Shown: positions 8,330 to 16,439 of the stretch, in pieces | How positions within the stretch are numbered: the stretch's first letter is position 1 | Layout: each line of letters starts with the position of its first letter | Source of the DNA: Tannockella kyphosi | GTDB lineage: Bacteria > Bacillota_I > Bacilli_A > Erysipelotrichales > Coprobacillaceae | Length of the DNA stretch: 32,000 nucleotides | Direction of reading: 5' to 3' | NCBI RefSeq assembly: GCF_021054785.1 | Contig: NZ_CP088239.1 | Location: 750,001-782,000 of the forward strand | Notes under the pieces: generated by a model | Told to the model about the DNA's origin: nothing | What the model saw: only the letters and a program-made list of their open reading frames with translations | Databases searched by the model: none | Program-made: the position numbers and the translations under genes

Positions 8330-8812
8330 ATGAAAACACCCAAAGAATTTGATTATGACTTATGGAAAGATGAAACAGGAAGAGGTTTTATCAGAGTAAA
8401 ACGAACTGGAGAGGTTTGTGAGGTAAATGATGATACATTTAGAGTTTTAAGAAATGAAGCGATGGCGATCTATCGCAATAACAAAGGTGTTCCAGTCTAT
8501 GGAGTTGAAAATGGTAAAAGTGTAGTAGTTCGTTATACTACCAACTTAGCTTTATACATAGAGGAAGGCAATGAGGATATCGGTGCAGACTGGAACATTG
8601 ATAAAACAGACTTAGAAAATGAAATACTAACAAAATTACTTATAGAAGATTTTTGTGAATTACTTACGGACAAGCAGTTAGATGTATTGGAGCAATGTTT
8701 AAAGAAAGGTATGCTTCCGGCTGAGTATGCAAAAGAAAAAGGAATTAGCAAGCGTGCTGTCGGGTACACGATTGAGGGGATTGAAAAAAAAGCAAAAAAG
8801 TTTTTTGACTGA
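8330..8812 (+). CDS. Sigma-70 region-4-like HTH protein (mobile-element regulator)
   Basis: The C-terminus, LTDKQLDVLEQCLKKGMLPAEYAKEKGISKRAVGYTIEGIEKKAKKF, resembles a sigma-70 r4/LuxR-type HTH. Good RBS (AAAGGAG). Such proteins commonly sit upstream of serine recombinase modules in clostridial elements. Confidence 0.6.
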   Translation: MKTPKEFDYDLWKDETGRGFIRVKRTGEVCEVNDDTFRVLRNEAMAIYRNNKGVPVYGVENGKSVVVRYTTNLALYIEEGNEDIGADWNIDKTDLENEILTKLLIEDFCELLTDKQLDVLEQCLKKGMLPAEYAKEKGISKRAVGYTIEGIEKKAKKFFD

Positions 8813-8889
8813 TACTTCACTTTCGTTCATGTTTTGTAGGTTGTTAAGTGAAAGGGATATATAACGACCCTTTATGTTCTTTGACAACC

Positions 8890-9330
8890 GAATATACAGT
8901 ATTGCAAATACTTTCCGTTTAAGTCGAGCAACAAGGATTAAGTCGCCATGACCTCATAGAGTAATTTTAGTGTGCAACTAATTTTATATAAAGAATAACA
9001 CTAAATGACCTTTATGTGATAGCGAGAAACTGAGTTCCGAAACAAACAATGTGGTGTTGTTTGTTTGCCAAGAAACCTAAACGTAATAATGATACTCCTG
9101 TCCAGCCAATAGCTCGAGCGTGATGAAACCGTCGCAAGCAATGGAGGCAGCTACGAGAAATCCTCGCAGGGGTTAGATTCCCGTGATGCCAACCAATGGC
9201 AGTTTGCAGTATTCCCTACATCAACGAGAGTTGATATTGACAGGGTTGTTGAGAACAAATATGTCAAATAAAAACAAACCAATAAAATTTTAAGTAGCAG
9301 AATGTAGAAATATGTTCTGCTACTTTACAT
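8890..9330 (+). ncRNA. Candidate structured non-coding RNA or long structured leader upstream of mazF (family unknown)
   Basis: No ORF of 60 aa or more on the + strand in this ~440-nt interval; the only track ORF reaching it is the rejected minus-strand ORF ending at 8887. I counted 80 G+C in the 160 nt of 9091-9250 (50%), against 21/90 (23%) for 9261-9350. Several clean hairpins are present: 8898-8912, 9040-9066 (10-bp stem), 9220-9235 (6-bp stem with a GAGA tetraloop) and 9292-9325 (11-bp stem). A long-range CCTGTC/GACAGG pairing links 9097-9102 and 9239-9244. Confidence 0.3.
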
Positions 9331-9349
9331 ATTATGAAAGAGGTAAAAA

Positions 9350-9715
9350 ATGCAGAAAAGTAGAATATATCGTGGAGATATTTATTACTGTGACTTAGAG
9401 CCAGTAAAAGGTTCTGTACAAGGTGGTGTAAGACCAGTGTTAATCATTCAAAATCAAATAGGTAACGATTATGCTCCTACACTAATAGTTGCAGTTATAA
9501 CAACTAATATGAAGAAATTAAATCAGCCTACGCATATCGTAATAGGCAAGAATTATGGACTTGAAGATCCGTCAATGGTTATGCTAGAGCAGATTAAGAC
9601 TATTGATAAAAGTGAGCTTAGAAGCTATGTAGGAAGAATTAGCGAGCCTTTTACCATTCAAAAAATAAATCAAGCCTTAGAAATCAGCTTAGGATTAAAA
9701 AATGATGGAATATAG
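9350..9715 (+). CDS. mazF: MazF/PemK-family endoribonuclease toxin
   Basis: The sequence RGDIYYCDLEPVKGSVQGGVRPVLIIQNQIGNDYAPTLIVAVITT...THIVIG...SMVMLEQIKTIDKSEL is the canonical PemK pattern. RBS AAGAGG. Confidence 0.85.
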   Translation: MQKSRIYRGDIYYCDLEPVKGSVQGGVRPVLIIQNQIGNDYAPTLIVAVITTNMKKLNQPTHIVIGKNYGLEDPSMVMLEQIKTIDKSELRSYVGRISEPFTIQKINQALEISLGLKNDGI

Positions 9716-9776
9716 TTTTTGCTCTGTCATAACCCTTTGTCCCAAATCATACTATGAAACAGGAGGTGCAGAAACT

Positions 9777-10019
9777 ATGGTGAATTTAGATGATTTAAAG
9801 AATGTTGACCCACGAACAGTGGATAGAAGTTCTCTTGTGGAGAGAAGCTCCGTGAAAATAGACCCTAATGCTACAAAAGAAGAAAGATTAAGTGAATATA
9901 TCAAGCAAATTAAAAATCCGTATTGTTATCTCGATGGAAAGACTGTTGTTAAAATTAGCTTTGCAAATACGGATACTTCTATTGAAGATTGTATTTCTAA
10001 TTATTTAAAAGGTGTATAA
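9777..10019 (+). CDS. DUF6870-like small protein (80 aa)
   Basis: The sequence MVNLDDLKNVDPRTVDRSSLVERSSVKIDPNATKEERLSEYIKQIKNPYCYLDGKTVVKISFANTD... matches my recollection of the small IKNPYCF-motif proteins found next to serine recombinases. An AGGAGG RBS lies at 9761-9766, so the start is taken at 9777 rather than 9702. Confidence 0.55.
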   Translation: MVNLDDLKNVDPRTVDRSSLVERSSVKIDPNATKEERLSEYIKQIKNPYCYLDGKTVVKISFANTDTSIEDCISNYLKGV

Positions 10020-10113
10020 GTCAAGTGTGTCTACATAAAATCGACATCGTGGATTTTGAAACAAAAATTATATACACTTTAGATGGTAAAAATGAATTTA
10101 GGAGGAAATAATA

Positions 10114-11745
10114 ATGCCGAAAAAAGTGTATAAGGCAGTAGTCTATTGCAGGCTTTCAAAAGAAGATGGCGATAAAGTAGAAAGTAATAGTATTCGTGGA
10201 CAAAGAGCTTTTTGTGAAGAATTTATATCTAAGCAAAAAGATATAACAATTGTTCATGATCCTATTGTTGATGATGGTGTGAGTGGTGTTTCTTTTGAAC
10301 GAGCTGGATTTAAAGAGCTTGAAGAAGAAATCAAAAAAGGAAAAGTAGATTGTGTTGTAGTGCGTGACTTATCGAGGTTTTCTAGGAACTATATTGATGC
10401 AGGAAGATATTTAGAGAAAATCTTTCCCAATCTAGGTATTAGGTTTATAGCTATCAATGATAATTATGACAGTTTAACCAGTGACCCACAATCAGATGCT
10501 TTTGTTTTACCATTCAAAAATCTAATCAATGACACCTATTGTAAAGATATTTCAGTTAAAATTCGTTCTAGCTTAGAGATTAAGAAAAAGAATGGAGATT
10601 ATGTTGGTCCATTTTGTCCTTATGGATATAAGAGAGATGAAATAGAACGACATAGATTAGTAGTTGATGAAAACACAAGAGAAACAATACAGATGATTTT
10701 TTCTTTGTTTAAAGATGGCATGAGTATCGGGAAAATCAAACAACGACTAAATGCCACTGGTATATTGCCACCAATGGATTATAAGCGATCTACGGGTGTT
10801 AATTTTGAAACTGTATTTAAGACAAGCGATACAGCAAAATGGGAATACAATACTGTTAAACGCATTCTCACTAACGATTGTTACATAGGTGTCCTAACAC
10901 AAGGAAAAAGAGGGACACCAAACTACAAAGACCGTAGAACCAAAAACAAAGATGAAAGTGAGTGGGTGAAAATTGAAAATTCCCACGAAGCTCTTATTTC
11001 TTATGAGGATTTTGTAGCAGTAAATAGTCTATTAGCTAGAGATATGCGTTCAACAGTTGATGATAGCGAAAATTCATTATCGGGATTTGTGTTCTGTGCC
11101 GATTGTGGAGCAAGTATGATACGCAAAACTGTTCCATCAAGAGGGAAAAAATATGTATATTATATTTGTTCAAAAAACAAAAAGCACAAAGTTTGTAGTA
11201 CGCATAGCATGGCATTAGTTGAAGTAGAAGAAAAAGTACTAAATGGAATTAGAGATCAAGTAGAACTTGTTGTTAATCTTGAAAAAGCACTTGAACTTAT
11301 AGATGAAACACCTAGTAACAATAGGCAGATATTTAGTTATGAAAAACAGATTGATACATTGAAAGCTGAAATAGAGAGATACCAAAAACTTAAACTTAGG
11401 CTGTACGAAGATTATAATGATGAAATAATCACGAAAGATGAGTATTTTGAATTCAAGAAAATCTACACTTCTAATATAGAAGAAAAAGTAAAGACAATTA
11501 AGCAACTTGAAAAAGAATGTTCACAAGCAATAGGCACTGTTAGTTCTTCAAAAACATGGATAGCAATATTTAAAGAGTATGAAAATTTCATAGCACTTAA
11601 TCGAAGGGTACTATTATCGTTGGTAGATAAAATACTGATTTATGAAAATCATGTTATTGGAGTTGTATTTAAGTACAAAGATGAATACGAAGAAACTTTA
11701 GATTTTATTTTAAAGTTCGAGAATAAAGAAAAAATTGCAGGATAG
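10114..11745 (+). CDS. Large serine recombinase 1 of 3
   Basis: N-terminal resolvase domain (VVYCRLSKEDGD ... VVVRDLSRFSRN), recombinase domain, zinc ribbon (CADCG...YYICSKNKKHKVCSTH) and a C-terminal coiled coil. Confidence 0.9.
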   Translation: MPKKVYKAVVYCRLSKEDGDKVESNSIRGQRAFCEEFISKQKDITIVHDPIVDDGVSGVSFERAGFKELEEEIKKGKVDCVVVRDLSRFSRNYIDAGRYLEKIFPNLGIRFIAINDNYDSLTSDPQSDAFVLPFKNLINDTYCKDISVKIRSSLEIKKKNGDYVGPFCPYGYKRDEIERHRLVVDENTRETIQMIFSLFKDGMSIGKIKQRLNATGILPPMDYKRSTGVNFETVFKTSDTAKWEYNTVKRILTNDCYIGVLTQGKRGTPNYKDRRTKNKDESEWVKIENSHEALISYEDFVAVNSLLARDMRSTVDDSENSLSGFVFCADCGASMIRKTVPSRGKKYVYYICSKNKKHKVCSTHSMALVEVEEKVLNGIRDQVELVVNLEKALELIDETPSNNRQIFSYEKQIDTLKAEIERYQKLKLRLYEDYNDEIITKDEYFEFKKIYTSNIEEKVKTIKQLEKECSQAIGTVSSSKTWIAIFKEYENFIALNRRVLLSLVDKILIYENHVIGVVFKYKDEYEETLDFILKFENKEKIAG

Positions 11746-11754
11746 GAGAAAACA

Positions 11755-13449
11755 ATGGCAAGAAAAAGTAGAGTAAATATTATGCTAGATGAAAACGCAG
11801 TAGTTCAGATGTCAAATAGATTTCCTACTGCAATTTATGCAAGGTTATCAGCAGAAAATAGTGGCAAGGGAACTGATAGAGATATTATCGCAAACCAAAT
11901 TGAAGTGTGTAAGAGTTATATAGGAGAAAACCCACATTTGGATTTAATGGATATATATACTGATGATGGCTACACAGGAACAAAGTTTGATAGACCGGCA
12001 TTCAATCGATTAATGGACGATGTTAAAAGTGGCAAGATTAAATGTATTGTAGTCCGTGACCTCAGTCGTTTTGGTAGAGATTATATAGAAACTGGAACAT
12101 ACATGGAGAGAATTTTTCCGACTCTAGGACTTAGGTTTATAGCTGTGAATGAACGATACGACAGCTTTGAAACCGACCATACAAACGAAGCCTTAATGAT
12201 ACCACTTCAAAATATGATAAATACTCTTTATGCAAAAGATATTTCACGTAAAATATCAGCTTCGCATAGGACAAGAATATTATCAAGGGATTTCAAAAAG
12301 AATATGATACCTTACGGTTATAAGTTAGATGAAACACGATATGAAGTTTCTATCGATGAAGTAGCAGCTCATTATGTAAGGTTTATATTCAATTGGAAGA
12401 TAGAGGGAAAATCTATTAAGCAAATGATTGTGATGCTAGAGGAAATGAACGCACCTAATCCTCATATAAGAAAAATTCAAACTGGATTACGAGGTGGTCA
12501 AGTAGAAAACTTTGGAGGTTGGCATTATTCTACCATTCAAAATATGCTTTGCAATCATGGTTATTTGGGACATACTGTATTCGGAAAAACAGAAATTGCA
12601 TTGTATAAAGGCATAAATAGGAAAGAGTATAGAGAACCCGATAATTGGGTTATATTAGAAAATACTCATGAGCCTATTATTTCGGAAGATGTCTTTAACA
12701 AAGTACAAGAAATAAGAAAGTTAGGAGCTGAAAAGAAACAGGAAAGTATTAAACGAACAGAAAAGAAAAGAGCAAAACTTATAGATTTGTTCAAGGGTAA
12801 GATTTTTTGTAGTGACTGTGGCAAAACGCTATCCTATATTAGAATGGTTGATGGAAATAACTTTGGTGCTTACTATACATGCCCAACTTACGCAAGAAAA
12901 AAAGTATGTACAAAACATAGCGTAAATTATTTAATAGTTAATGCAACGGTTCTCAAAGTAATTCAAACACAAGTTAAAGTAGCTCTTGATTATGAAGTTT
13001 TATTAAATAAAATAAAGCATAGTGAAAGTGATAAGAGCATTAGAGATAAGCAAAATGCTAATATTTCCAGTTTAAATCTTAAGATAAATGGTATCAGTAG
13101 AAAGCGAAGTCGGTTATATGAAGATTATGCTGAAGGGGTTTTAGATGAGGAAGAATATACTTTTGTGAAGCAGAGTTATGATGATGACTACAATAGTTTA
13201 AAAATGTTATTAGATGAAGCATTGCAACGTCGTTCTAAATTCAATGAAGCTATGTCTAGTGATAACAAATGGATCAGCTTAATGAAGTCTGTGAGTTCAG
13301 CTAAAATATTAACACAAAGTCTTGTAGACGAAGTTATAGAAAAAGTATCGGTACTTGAAGATGGAACACTAGATATTGCAATGAAATATTTCGATGTATT
13401 TTCTCTTATGCAAAATACTGTGGCAAAAGTGCAGGAGGTGACAGTATGA
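11755..13449 (+). CDS. Large serine recombinase 2 of 3
   Basis: AIYARLSAENSG ... IVVRDLSRFGRD, and zinc ribbon CSDCG...YYTCPTYARKKVCTKH. Confidence 0.9.
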   Translation: MARKSRVNIMLDENAVVQMSNRFPTAIYARLSAENSGKGTDRDIIANQIEVCKSYIGENPHLDLMDIYTDDGYTGTKFDRPAFNRLMDDVKSGKIKCIVVRDLSRFGRDYIETGTYMERIFPTLGLRFIAVNERYDSFETDHTNEALMIPLQNMINTLYAKDISRKISASHRTRILSRDFKKNMIPYGYKLDETRYEVSIDEVAAHYVRFIFNWKIEGKSIKQMIVMLEEMNAPNPHIRKIQTGLRGGQVENFGGWHYSTIQNMLCNHGYLGHTVFGKTEIALYKGINRKEYREPDNWVILENTHEPIISEDVFNKVQEIRKLGAEKKQESIKRTEKKRAKLIDLFKGKIFCSDCGKTLSYIRMVDGNNFGAYYTCPTYARKKVCTKHSVNYLIVNATVLKVIQTQVKVALDYEVLLNKIKHSESDKSIRDKQNANISSLNLKINGISRKRSRLYEDYAEGVLDEEEYTFVKQSYDDDYNSLKMLLDEALQRRSKFNEAMSSDNKWISLMKSVSSAKILTQSLVDEVIEKVSVLEDGTLDIAMKYFDVFSLMQNTVAKVQEVTV

Positions 13450-14996
13450 GTGTAGCTATGTATATTAGACTTTCCGATGCTGACGAAGATACTGGTTTTA
13501 GCAAAACAGAAAGTGATAGTGTTGTTAATCAAAGATTATATATCAATGATTATATTAACAAACAAACCTCACTTTCAAGACTTGCACGATTTGAGTTTGT
13601 TGATGACGGATATACTGGAACGAATGATGAACGTCCAAGTCTTAATAAAATGATGGAAGCTGTGAGGAGTGGAATTGTAAAAATAATTTGTGTGAAAGAT
13701 TTTTCACGGTTTTTTCGAGATTATATTGAAGCAGGAAACTATTTGGAGTGCGTTTTTCCATTCTTAGGAGTGAGATTTATTTCTATAAACGACAACTATG
13801 ATAGTGATGATTACAAAGGGACAACTGGTGGTTTAGAAATGGTAATGAGAAATATTATCTATACTGCTTATAGCAAGGATTTATCGCTTAAAGTATCCAG
13901 TGGTAAATTGGAGTTAATCAAGAAAGGTAAGTTTATAGGAAGTCACGCACCTTATGGTTATAAGAAAGATCCTAACGATAAAAACAAGATAATCATCGAT
14001 GATGAGTCTGCTAAAGTTGTTAGGTTAATATTTGACTCGGCTATGAACGGGAAAACTGTAAGAGAAATAACACTCATTTTAAATGAAAAGGATATACCAA
14101 CAAAAAGTCAATATTTCAAACTTAAATATCCCGACAGTAATAAGTATAACTATATGTATGAGAAAATACATTGGCAACCATCGAGGGTATACGACATCTT
14201 AAAAAACAGTCTATACAAAGGTGATATGGTGTCTTTAAGGAAAAAGAAAGTTAGCTTCAATTCAAAAAAACTAATAAAGCAAGACCCTATTATTATAGAA
14301 GATAATCATCAAGGGATTGTTACAAAACAAGAATTTGAAGAAGCTCAAAAGGTTATCAAAATATCAAAGCAAGCATCAAAGAAAAACTATATAGACTTTC
14401 CATTACGAGGGTTAGTTCGATGTGGTCATTGTCAATATTTAATGGACAGAGTGAAAAAACAAGGTGTGTTTTACTTTAAATGTAAAAGTGCCTTAAATGG
14501 AAAAATTGATGCCTGTAAAACCAATATTGATACAGATGAAGGAACGGTAGAGGGTGTTGTATTTCATGCGATTATGAACTTTATTGCATTTACTAAGCAA
14601 GAAGATATCAAACAAACAAAACCAACTTCTTATGATTTGACGATTCACCTCACAGAGCTTTCCAATAAGATAGCAGGACTTAAACAATCAAAACTTCGAC
14701 TTTATGAAAAATATACTTGTGATGAATTAACTAGAGAAAATTATATCAAGCAAAAACAAGAATGTGATAAGAAAATTAAATTAGCAGAAGAACAGATAAG
14801 CGAATATGAAGTAAAACTTAGGGAGCAGGCATATTCCGAAAAAGAAAAACCTGTTATTGGTATTTGTGACAAATATATATCGGAAAGCAAACTCACCAAA
14901 GAAATGGTAAACGCATTTATTAAAACAGTCTATGTTTTTGATAAAGATACAATTCATGTAGAGTTCAAATACAAAAATGTTTTTGAAGAAAGGTAG
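13446..14996 (+). CDS. Large serine recombinase 3 of 3
   Basis: AMYIRLSDADED ... ICVKDFSRFFRD, and zinc ribbon CGHCQ...YFKCKSALNGKIDACKT. The start overlaps the stop of recombinase 2 (ATGA). Confidence 0.9.
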   Translation: MSVAMYIRLSDADEDTGFSKTESDSVVNQRLYINDYINKQTSLSRLARFEFVDDGYTGTNDERPSLNKMMEAVRSGIVKIICVKDFSRFFRDYIEAGNYLECVFPFLGVRFISINDNYDSDDYKGTTGGLEMVMRNIIYTAYSKDLSLKVSSGKLELIKKGKFIGSHAPYGYKKDPNDKNKIIIDDESAKVVRLIFDSAMNGKTVREITLILNEKDIPTKSQYFKLKYPDSNKYNYMYEKIHWQPSRVYDILKNSLYKGDMVSLRKKKVSFNSKKLIKQDPIIIEDNHQGIVTKQEFEEAQKVIKISKQASKKNYIDFPLRGLVRCGHCQYLMDRVKKQGVFYFKCKSALNGKIDACKTNIDTDEGTVEGVVFHAIMNFIAFTKQEDIKQTKPTSYDLTIHLTELSNKIAGLKQSKLRLYEKYTCDELTRENYIKQKQECDKKIKLAEEQISEYEVKLREQAYSEKEKPVIGICDKYISESKLTKEMVNAFIKTVYVFDKDTIHVEFKYKNVFEER

Positions 14997-15063
14997 GTAG
15001 CGATGAGGAAAACAAACCGGATTAGAGATGATACAAGGGTTTATATTTTTTTAGTCCTTAGTT

Positions 15064-15082
15064 TACACAATCAGATTGTGTA
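15064..15082. repeat. Palindrome TACACAAT-CAG-ATTGTGTA at the element/spoIVA junction; candidate attR core
   Basis: Perfect 8-bp arms read from the sequence. The right arm encodes the D-C-V codons where SpoIVA homology starts. The left arm belongs to sequence with no SpoIVA homology. Confidence 0.45.
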
Positions 15083-16261
15083 GGATTTCTGGTAGATGGG
15101 GCTAAGGGATATGAAGATGAACAGGGGATAAGATATGTTAAAACACCCTGGTTTCTAGAATCTATTCCTTTTGATAAAGCAGCTGAAGTTGGAACAAAGA
15201 AGGTTATACAGGATCATTCTACAATAGGTATTGTAGTAACATGTGATGGAACAATTAGTGATATTCCTGAAGAGAATTATCGAGAGGCTACTAATGCTGT
15301 TATTGAAGAATTACAAGCAATAGGGAAACCATTTATTGTATTAGTAAATAGTATTTCTCCAACAAGTAGAAAGTGTAATGATGTTGTTAGTAGTTTAAAA
15401 GATAGATATGATGTACCTATTCTAGCAATGAATATTAATGAAGTGGAAGAAGAAGATTTAGCTATTGTATTAAAAGAGTCATTGTATGAATTTAGTATTA
15501 GTGAGGTAAAAATTGAGGTTCCTAAATGGCTTGCAATGTTATCAAATAATCATTGGTTAAAACAAACATTAGATAGTTCTTTAGAAGAATCTATGCAATC
15601 TATTAAGAAATTCAAAGATGTTGAAATTATTGCAAATGCTATTAGTCAATATGATTTTGTAGAAAAAGCATATTTAAGTGGTATTGATACAAGTACATCA
15701 AGTGCAACATTAAAGATAATAGAAAAAGAAGGTCTTTATAATAGTGTTGTTGAAGAAATAGTAGGAGATAAAGGTCTTGATCAAGCAACGTTCTTACATT
15801 TTATACAAGAGTTAGTAGATATAAAACAAGAATATGAACGATATGCTAGTGCATTAAAAATGGTAAAACATACTGGTTATGGCTATGCCATTCCGCCATT
15901 AAAAGACATTCAATTAAGTGATCCTGAAGTAATTAAACAAGGACCTAGATATGGTATGAAATTAACTTCTAAGGCTAGTACAACATATATGATTAATGTC
16001 GATATAGAAAGTACATTTGAACCGATAATCGGTTCAAAACAACAAGCAGAAGCATTTATACAATATGTTAAAACAAATGGTGAAGATAAAAAAGCAGTGT
16101 TTGATTGTGATGTTTTTGGTAGAAAATTAGGTGATTTAATTGAAGAAGGTCTATATATTAAAATAGATGCTATTCCTGAAAGTGCTAGTCAACGTCTACA
16201 TGATATTTTATATAAAATAGTAAATAAAGGAAAAAGTAATGTCATTGCAATTGTTTTATAG
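15074..16261 (+). pseudogene. spoIVA: Stage IV sporulation protein A, 3' segment only (about residue 97 to the end); gene split by the mobile element
   Basis: Translation from 15074, in frame with the track ORF at 15428, gives DCVGFLVDGAKGYEDEQGIRYVKTPWFLESIPFDKAAEVGTKKVIQDHSTIGIVVTCDGTISDI...ALKMVKHTGYGYAIPPL...NKGKSNVIAIVL. It is collinear with B. subtilis SpoIVA from ...DCVGYTVPGAKGYED to ...GGLIAIIL, as I recall that sequence. An in-frame TAG lies at 15059-15061, and no Walker-A N-terminal part is present. Confidence 0.85.
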
Positions 16262-16379
16262 ATTCATAAAAAATCTATAAATAGTAAGCAAAAATGAACT
16301 AAAAGTAAATGTTTTTACAACTATTTATATTGAATTTTAAAAAGTATAGTAATTTGGTGGGAATTTAGGTTTAAATGTC

Positions 16380-16408
16380 TTGTATAGGATGTCGTTTTTT
16401 GTTATACT
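16380..16408 (+). promoter_or_regulatory. Sigma-A promoter of hup
   Basis: TTGTAT, a 17-nt spacer, then TGtTATACT (extended -10), about 30 nt upstream of the hup start. Confidence 0.45.
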
Positions 16409-16439
16409 ATCAAAGAATTAGATATAGGAGGAATCAAAA

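Larger units (their letters stand above)
1..15073. mobile_element. Right-hand portion of an integrated element (ICE/IME or prophage-like) inserted in spoIVA; the left end is outside the window
   Basis: Three tandem large serine recombinase genes end 77 bp before the point where spoIVA homology begins (15074). The cargo is defence, toxin and regulator genes. Core-genome synteny resumes only to the right of 15074. Confidence 0.75.

Noticed and set aside
8533-8887. Minus-strand ORFs 8533-8820 and 8699-8887
   Set aside because: They are antisense to the sigma-r4-like gene, with no RBS and low-complexity sequence.
9116-9130. GUGAUGAAAC resembling a hammerhead CUGAUGA core or a box C/K-turn element
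   Set aside because: The essential C of CUGAUGA is a G here, and I could not find the matching GAAA/stem III arrangement. The element is too short to call.
8813-9349. Search for a conventional MazE antitoxin ORF upstream of mazF, or a decayed pseudogene
   Set aside because: Only a 10-codon ORF (9261-9293) is present. The frames I translated are interrupted by stops or lack an initiator Met. A pseudogene origin cannot be fully excluded without homology searches.
9702-9776. Longer N-terminal start (ATG 9702) for the DUF6870-like protein
   Set aside because: The extension overlaps mazF and encodes a Cys/Ser/Pro-rich peptide with no RBS. A strong AGGAGG precedes the ATG at 9777.
10020-10113. 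Sporulation sigma-factor-like -10 elements (ACATAAAAT and TATACACT) upstream of the first recombinase
   Set aside because: They are only partial matches to the sigma-K/sigma-E consensus and lack convincing -35 partners. I mention them only as something to test.
11239-14687. Minus-strand ORFs 11239-11505, 13188-13532 and 14493-14687
   Set aside because: They are antisense to the serine recombinase genes, whose motifs are unambiguous.
15003-15056. 17-codon mini-ORF (MRKTNRIRDDTRVYIFL) between recombinase 3 and the junction
   Set aside because: It is very short, has no RBS and lies in the att-flanking DNA.
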